Source of the DNA: an uncultured SAR86 cluster bacterium
GTDB taxonomy: Bacteria; Pseudomonadota; Gammaproteobacteria; Magnimaribacterales; AG-339-G14
Length of the DNA stretch: 64,000 nt
Reading direction: 5' to 3'
Assembly: GCA_902570035.1 (NCBI GenBank)
Contig: CACFWO010000002.1
Location: 1,054-65,053, forward strand
Shown: positions 59,128-64,000 of the stretch, piece after piece
Layout of the letters: each line of letters starts with the position of its first letter
Position numbering within the stretch: the first letter of the stretch is position 1
Notes under the pieces: model-generated
What the model saw: only the letters and a program-made list of their open reading frames with translations
The model's database searches: none
Told to the model about the DNA's origin: nothing
Position numbers and translations under genes: made by a program

Positions 59128-60462
59128 TCAAGCGGTAAGAACTCTCACTAAATTCTTATAATCTTCGTCCAACTCAGTATTTCCTTGTCTCAATTCTCCT
59201 ATTTTTTTGCATGCATGAAGAACCGTTGTATGATCTCGACCTCCAAATGCGTCTCCTATCTCGGGAAGGCTATGATTTGTTAGTTCTTTGGCTAAGCTCA
59301 TCGATAATTGTCTTGGTCTCGCAAGAGACCTATTTCGTTTAGATGATAACAGATCAGAAAGCCTTATATTGAAATAATCTGAAACTGTCTTCTGGATATT
59401 ATCAATACTGACTTGTCTCGCTTGAATGGCAAGCAAATCTCTCAGAGACTCTTTAATTAAATTCAAATCAACTTCTTTGTTTGCAAATTTTGCATTCGCA
59501 CCAACTCTTTTTAGTGCCCCTTCAAGCTCTCTTACATTAGATCTGATCCTTTCAGATATAAAGAAAGCGCAGTCTTGCGGCATATTTAGGTTAAGCTCTT
59601 CGGCTTTTTTTAATAAGATTGCTACTCGAGTTTCAAGTTCTGGAGGCTCTACAATCACCGGCAAGCCCCAGCCTAGCCTGGACTTAAGTCTTTCTTCTAA
59701 TCCTTCTATTTCTTTAGGATACCTGTCGCAAGTGAGTATCATTTGCTGACCTCCTTCCAACAACGCATTAAAAGTATGAAAGAGTTCTTCTTGAGACTGT
59801 TCTTTTCCTGCAAAAAACTGAATATCGTCAATCAACAAAGCATCTACGCCTCTATAAAACTGCTTAAACTCATTTATTGCCCCTAATTGAAGTGATTTAA
59901 CCATATCACTTACAAACCTCTCGGAATGAATATAAACAATTCTTTTGGATGGATCTTTTTCTTTAAGTTTATTTCCCACTGCATGCATTAAATGGGTTTT
60001 ACCTAAACCAACGCCACCGTATATAAATAAAGGGTTGTAAGCACCTTTGGGCGATTCAGCAACCTGTTTTGCTGCTGCTAGAGCTATATTATTTGATTTT
60101 CCTTCTACAAAAGTTTTGAATGTAAAATTTTCAAAAAGGGAATTTTCTTTATCATCTAGAAAGGGAATTTTTTTAGTTTTATCCTTTGTAATCAATGGTT
60201 TACTAGAATTGAATAAATCATAATTTAAACTTAGATTTTCAGAATCAAGAGATCTAGATAAATATTGTTTTATGATGGAATCATAATTTTGTTTAACATG
60301 TTCTTTGATGAAATCATTTGGAGCTAAAAGCGTTACAGCTTGCATGCCAAATTCGTCTTGTTCTTCTGAGTAAGCTAAAGGACTTATCCAAGTAGAGAAT
60401 TCATCCTGGTTTAGCTCTAGTTCAAGCGATTTTCTACATTCTTCCCAGGCTTGATAATTCAT
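59128..60462 (-). CDS. dnaA: Chromosomal replication initiator DnaA
   Basis: 444 aa. AAA+ Walker [19 protein letters not shown] and the domain IV block DHTTVLHA. Confidence 0.97.
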   Translation of the reverse strand: MNYQAWEECRKSLELELNQDEFSTWISPLAYSEEQDEFGMQAVTLLAPNDFIKEHVKQNYDSIIKQYLSRSLDSENLSLNYDLFNSSKPLITKDKTKKIPFLDDKENSLFENFTFKTFVEGKSNNIALAAAKQVAESPKGAYNPLFIYGGVGLGKTHLMHAVGNKLKEKDPSKRIVYIHSERFVSDMVKSLQLGAINEFKQFYRGVDALLIDDIQFFAGKEQSQEELFHTFNALLEGGQQMILTCDRYPKEIEGLEERLKSRLGWGLPVIVEPPELETRVAILLKKAEELNLNMPQDCAFFISERIRSNVRELEGALKRVGANAKFANKEVDLNLIKESLRDLLAIQARQVSIDNIQKTVSDYFNIRLSDLLSSKRNRSLARPRQLSMSLAKELTNHSLPEIGDAFGGRDHTTVLHACKKIGELRQGNTELDEDYKNLVRVLTA

Positions 60463-60490
60463 TAAAAGATAATAATATCTTTATTATAAC

Positions 60491-60527
60491 TTATCCACAG
60501 GATAATCATGTGAAAAATTGTGAATAA
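60491..60527. promoter_or_regulatory. DnaA boxes in dnaA-rpmH spacer (candidate oriC / dnaA autoregulation)
   Basis: A perfect TTATCCACA lies at 60491-60499. TGTGAATAA at 60519-60527 is the reverse complement of TTATTCACA (8/9 match). Weaker boxes lie at 60509-60517 and 60560-60568. Confidence 0.7.
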
Positions 60528-60605
60528 CTTGTTAATAATATAATTAATTAGAGTTTTATTTATTCACTCAATTAATATATCATTCTCCATCTAAATTTAC
60601 TTGCA

Positions 60606-60740
60606 ATGAAAAGAACTTATCAACCAAGCAAACTGAAAAGGAAAAGGACTCACGGATTTAGAGCCAGAATGTCTTCTGCCGGCGGCAGGGCTGTTATAAA
60701 CAGCAGAAGAAAGAAAGGCAGAAAAGTTTTATCTGCTTAA
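60606..60740 (+). CDS. rpmH: 50S ribosomal protein L34
   Basis: 44 aa [44 protein letters not shown], the canonical L34 sequence. Not in the ORF track because it is under 60 aa. Confidence 0.96.
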   Translation: MKRTYQPSKLKRKRTHGFRARMSSAGGRAVINSRRKKGRKVLSA

Positions 60741-60741
60741 A

Positions 60742-61068
60742 ATGAAAATACCTGCTCTGGTGGGAAAAAAGGACTTTGATAACGTCTTCAAAAATTCAGA
60801 CACCTCTTTCTCATCTGGACCCTTCGTAGTAATTCTAAAAAAAAACGAAATATCCTCAGCTAGGACTGGAATTATTATTCAAAAAAAGTTTGTTAAATTG
60901 GCTGTTAATCGAAATTATATTAAAAGAAAATTTAGAGAGATTATAATGAGATCTAAGCTAAACTCTTATGACGCCATCCTCATGGTTAAAAATAAAATAA
61001 AGGAATTTGATAAGTTAAAAGTAAAAAAAAATTTCATTGATTTAGAGTCCAAAATTGAAAAGATTTAA
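60742..61068 (+). CDS. rnpA: Ribonuclease P protein component
   Basis: 108 aa basic protein directly after rpmH. It has a [15 protein letters not shown] (RNR-like) block. Confidence 0.8.
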   Translation: MKIPALVGKKDFDNVFKNSDTSFSSGPFVVILKKNEISSARTGIIIQKKFVKLAVNRNYIKRKFREIIMRSKLNSYDAILMVKNKIKEFDKLKVKKNFIDLESKIEKI

Positions 61069-61297
61069 TTTAAAAAAAATATTAGTTTTTTTGATTGTTG
61101 TTTATCAAAGATCAATCAGTCCGTATTTTGGACCCACTTGCAGATTTCAACCAACATGTTCTGAGTACGCTAAAAATTGTATTGAGATTCATGGCGTGAT
61201 GAAGGGCACATATTACAGCTTAAAAAGAATCTCAAAATGTCATCCTCTTGGATCATATGGTTATGATCCAGTTCCGGAGAAAGCAAAGAATGATTGA
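61055..61297 (+). CDS. yidD: Membrane protein insertion efficiency factor YidD
   Basis: 80 aa with a TTG start. [23 protein letters not shown] and KCHPL blocks. Confidence 0.88.
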   Translation: MKRFNLKKILVFLIVVYQRSISPYFGPTCRFQPTCSEYAKNCIEIHGVMKGTYYSLKRISKCHPLGSYGYDPVPEKAKND

Positions 61298-62930
61298 TAA
61301 TTTTCAAAGATATTTTTTAGTATTTTCAATATTTATTTTTAGTTATTTATTGCTTATCAATTGGAATCCCCCCGCTCAGGAAGAAACAATATCTGAAAAA
61401 GCTCTAAATGATAGTGAGTACTTACCAACCAATCCAATTTCTGAGTCTGATTCTTTTGTGGATGAGTCAAGTTCTTTTGCTGAGTCAAGCAATATCACCT
61501 CTTTGATATGTGGCGCCGAAGAAACAGTCGAAGTCTTTAATGAAAATCAGAAGCTTGAAATAAGCCTGTCCAGCGGACAGATTATTAAATCAGAGTTATT
61601 GAATTATCCCTTGGAAATTAATGGCCAAGCTAATACTATGCTTTTCAACAAGTGCGGCAAAGAGAACTACTTTTTAGATGGTGGTTTTGTTGTTTCAGGA
61701 ATATCTAACGCACCGGAAGGAAATTATTTTTCTATATTGTCTAAATCAAAAGATTCAGTTGAACTTATAAGAAGGCTTCCAAATGGCTCCACTCATTCTA
61801 AGAAAATTAGCTTGGGGGAAAACTTCAGAGTAAATTTTGAAGAAGAATTTTTCAATGGAGAAGAGGTTGAAGTTTCAGTCGCGCCATATGCAAAAATTAA
61901 CCGCTCATCCGAGAAAACCATTTCTGGTTCTGGGGGCATATTTACTCAGCCCTCTTCTTGGGCATATTTGGGTCCTGCGTTTTCTTATGATGGTGAAAGC
62001 TACGACAAAAGATCTTTCTCAGAAATAGAAGAGGCAGAGTTTAGAACATCTACCAACGGAGGTTGGATTTCAATGATTCAACATTATTTCTTAACCTCCC
62101 TGCTACCCAACCAGTCGTCTAGCAGCCTGCTTCAAGGTAAGAAAAATAAAAATGATGGCTCTTTTTCTGTTGGGTTTGTTGAAGAGACCAAAAAGGTAGC
62201 TCCAGGCAACTCAATAAAAAACGAGTATTCAGCTTATTCGGGTCCAAAAATTAAGGGAAATTTAGACTTAATGCATCCAAAGCTCGGTTTAGCCATAGAT
62301 TACGGCTTCCTTTATTGGATTGGTCAGCCTATTTTTTGGGTAATGAACCTTATTAATCAAGCAATTAGTAGCTGGGGATGGTCTATTGTGCTGGTAACAG
62401 TCCTCATAAAGATTTTCTTGTGGCCTCTGTCCTATGTTGCATACAAGAATATGGGGAAAATGAGGCAACTTCAGCCCAAACTCAAGGAGCTTCAAGAGAG
62501 GTATGGGGACGACAGGCAAGCTATGTCAAAGGAGATGATGGCTCTTTATTCAAAAGAAAAGGTAAATCCTGCGCTGGGATGTCTTCCAATGCTGCTACAA
62601 ATGCCTTTTTTCCTTGCTTTTTATTGGGTTTTAATCGAGACAGTTGAGCTCAGACATGCTCCATTCATGTTTTGGATTGTTGATTTATCTGTAAGGGACC
62701 CTTTATTTATATTGCCTTTGTTAAACATGGGGGCAATGTATTTGATGCAGCTTTTGCAGCCTCAACCTGCGGGCGTAGATCCAATGCAGGCAAGAATTTT
62801 TAAATTTATGCCTATCATATTTGGAGTGCTCTTTGCATTTTTCCCGGCTGGTCTTGTCTTGTATTGGTTGGTGAATTCTCTTGTCTCAGCCTTACAAATG
62901 CTTATGCATGGGCCTAAAAAGGCAGCATAG
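61290..62930 (+). CDS. yidC: Membrane protein insertase YidC
   Basis: The start is placed at ATG 61290, which forms an ATGATTGA overlap with the yidD stop. It has an N-terminal TM, a large periplasmic domain and a C-terminal 60-kDa IMP core (PLS..KM..LQPK...GCLP). Confidence 0.92.
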   Translation: MIDNFQRYFLVFSIFIFSYLLLINWNPPAQEETISEKALNDSEYLPTNPISESDSFVDESSSFAESSNITSLICGAEETVEVFNENQKLEISLSSGQIIKSELLNYPLEINGQANTMLFNKCGKENYFLDGGFVVSGISNAPEGNYFSILSKSKDSVELIRRLPNGSTHSKKISLGENFRVNFEEEFFNGEEVEVSVAPYAKINRSSEKTISGSGGIFTQPSSWAYLGPAFSYDGESYDKRSFSEIEEAEFRTSTNGGWISMIQHYFLTSLLPNQSSSSLLQGKKNKNDGSFSVGFVEETKKVAPGNSIKNEYSAYSGPKIKGNLDLMHPKLGLAIDYGFLYWIGQPIFWVMNLINQAISSWGWSIVLVTVLIKIFLWPLSYVAYKNMGKMRQLQPKLKELQERYGDDRQAMSKEMMALYSKEKVNPALGCLPMLLQMPFFLAFYWVLIETVELRHAPFMFWIVDLSVRDPLFILPLLNMGAMYLMQLLQPQPAGVDPMQARIFKFMPIIFGVLFAFFPAGLVLYWLVNSLVSALQMLMHGPKKAA

Positions 62931-62942
62931 AGGAGATTTTCT

Positions 62943-64000
62943 TTGGATCAGGCTATAGTTGCTTGTTCAACCCCTCCCGGCAGAGGAGCTATTTCAGTTG
63001 TAAGAATTAGCGGAAAGGAGGCAAAAAGCATTATTAATAACCTCTTTTCCCTACAATTTGATCATGGAACATCAAAAGTAGCAGAGACAAACCTTTCAGA
63101 GGGGTTTAATGAAAAGTGTCTAATTTCTTGCTTTGAGGGCCCCTCATCATACACAGGCGAGGATGTGGCCGAGATATCGTGTCATGGGAACCCCTTAATA
63201 GTTAGGGCTTTGGTTCGGAAATGCATAGAATTAGGCGCCAGAAACGCAAACCCTGGCGAATTTACTCAAAGAGCCTTTCTTAACAACAAGATTGACCTTG
63301 CGCAATCTGAAGCGGTTATCGATCTCATAAATGCTAGCTCTAGCGCAGCAATGGTGGCGGCATCAAAGTCAGTTTCTGGTAATTTCGGTGAAAATGTAGA
63401 TAAAATCTTGGAAAGTCTAAGAAAAATAAGAATACTTGTGGAGTCTTCTATCGATTTTTCTGATCAAGATACAAACATAGATTTTATGAAAATTAATGCT
63501 CTTTTTAAAGATTTTATAAGCCTTTTAGAGGATTTTGATGAGAAAATAGAGGAAGGAATAAGGATAATGTCTGAACACAGAGTTGTGGTCGCCGGGCCTC
63601 CAAACGTGGGCAAATCCAGCATTATGAACATTCTTTCTGGAGAAGAGGCCTCGATTGTGGCTGAAATTAAAGGAACTACAAGGGACCCAATATATAAAAA
63701 AATACAAATTAAAGACCTGCAAGTAGATATTTATGACACGGCGGGAATAAACGACGAAACAATGGACGAAATAGAAAAGCTTGGAATAGATAAATCTAGG
63801 TCGTTAATAGAGGGAGCAGATCTGATCTTGGAGGTGGTTGATGCTGAAAACAGGGATTTTAGCCTCAAAAAGAACGGAAACATCTTAAAAGTCTTCAATA
63901 AGTCTGACATATCTAGCCCGCCCAAAGGGTTTGAGGGAATTGTTGTTTCTGCTCTTGAGAAAAAAAATGTCAGCGCTCTTGAAGAAAAAATTTACGAGCT
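62943..64000 (+). CDS. mnmE: tRNA modification GTPase MnmE (TrmE), 3' end outside window
   Basis: TTG start 7 nt after AGGAG. STPPGRGAISVVRISG, CHGNP, the G-domain GPPNVGKSS and DTAG. It is not in the ORF track because no stop occurs within the window. Confidence 0.9.
   Translation, partial: MDQAIVACSTPPGRGAISVVRISGKEAKSIINNLFSLQFDHGTSKVAETNLSEGFNEKCLISCFEGPSSYTGEDVAEISCHGNPLIVRALVRKCIELGARNANPGEFTQRAFLNNKIDLAQSEAVIDLINASSSAAMVAASKSVSGNFGENVDKILESLRKIRILVESSIDFSDQDTNIDFMKINALFKDFISLLEDFDEKIEEGIRIMSEHRVVVAGPPNVGKSSIMNILSGEEASIVAEIKGTTRDPIYKKIQIKDLQVDIYDTAGINDETMDEIEKLGIDKSRSLIEGADLILEVVDAENRDFSLKKNGNILKVFNKSDISSPPKGFEGIVVSALEKKNVSALEEKIYE

Noticed and set aside
61248-61289. Upstream extension of yidC (track start 61248)
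   Set aside because: It would overlap yidD by 50 nt. The ATG at 61290 gives the usual ATGATTGA coupling and a normal YidC N-terminal TM.
63525-63925. Two 64-65-aa minus-strand ORFs at the window end
   Set aside because: They are antisense to the mnmE G-domain (GPPNVGKSS, DTAG), which is unambiguous on the plus strand.

Overview
AT-rich, very gene-dense bacterial chromosome segment with short spacers and many 1-8 nt start/stop overlaps. I support about 70 protein genes and found no rRNA, tRNA, CRISPR array, transposase, integrase or phage genes. All product calls rest on motif recognition in the supplied translations, because no database search was possible.

The right end holds the classical origin-proximal block: mnmE< yidC< yidD< rnpA< rpmH | dnaA> dnaN> recF> gyrB. 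Gene direction flips at a 143-bp dnaA-rpmH spacer that carries DnaA boxes.

From aroE (about 41.8 kb) to dnaA, the order is aroE-tsaC-[purE]-def-fmt-trkA-trkH-lpxL-GlyRS-gmhB-plsC...gyrB-recF-dnaN-dnaA. As far as I recall, this is colinear with the Pseudomonas-type gammaproteobacterial origin region, but with several genes missing or replaced. That points to a streamlined marine gammaproteobacterium. This is an inference, and no taxon can be proven from the sequence alone.

Other blocks:
- A complete aa3-type cytochrome c oxidase structural and assembly cluster at 33.6-41.8 kb.
- pckA, gshA and a quinone oxidoreductase at 25.7-29.8 kb.
- Two long minus-strand strings of redox, glutathione and hydrolase genes at 8.7-22.6 kb.

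The most unusual locus is at 29.9-31.8 kb. It is a tandem array of four deeply diverged paralogs of an unrecognisable 3-helix membrane protein of about 135 aa. Each has a strong Shine-Dalgarno (SD) site, and the cleanest intrinsic terminators in the window sit in this array. It is transcribed divergently from a YegP/DUF1508 gene across a spacer holding a 2 x 22-bp direct repeat.

Secondary observations:
- A dimeric (glyQS-type) GlyRS sits in the slot normally held by glyQ-glyS.
- GyrB has an SPKK-type Lys/Pro-rich N-terminal tail.
- A small two-helix gene lies antisense inside the cox cluster and overlaps both neighbours.
- There are unannotated mini-ORFs, including a Cys-rich 39-aa one.
- A 595-bp non-coding gap is atypical for this genome.
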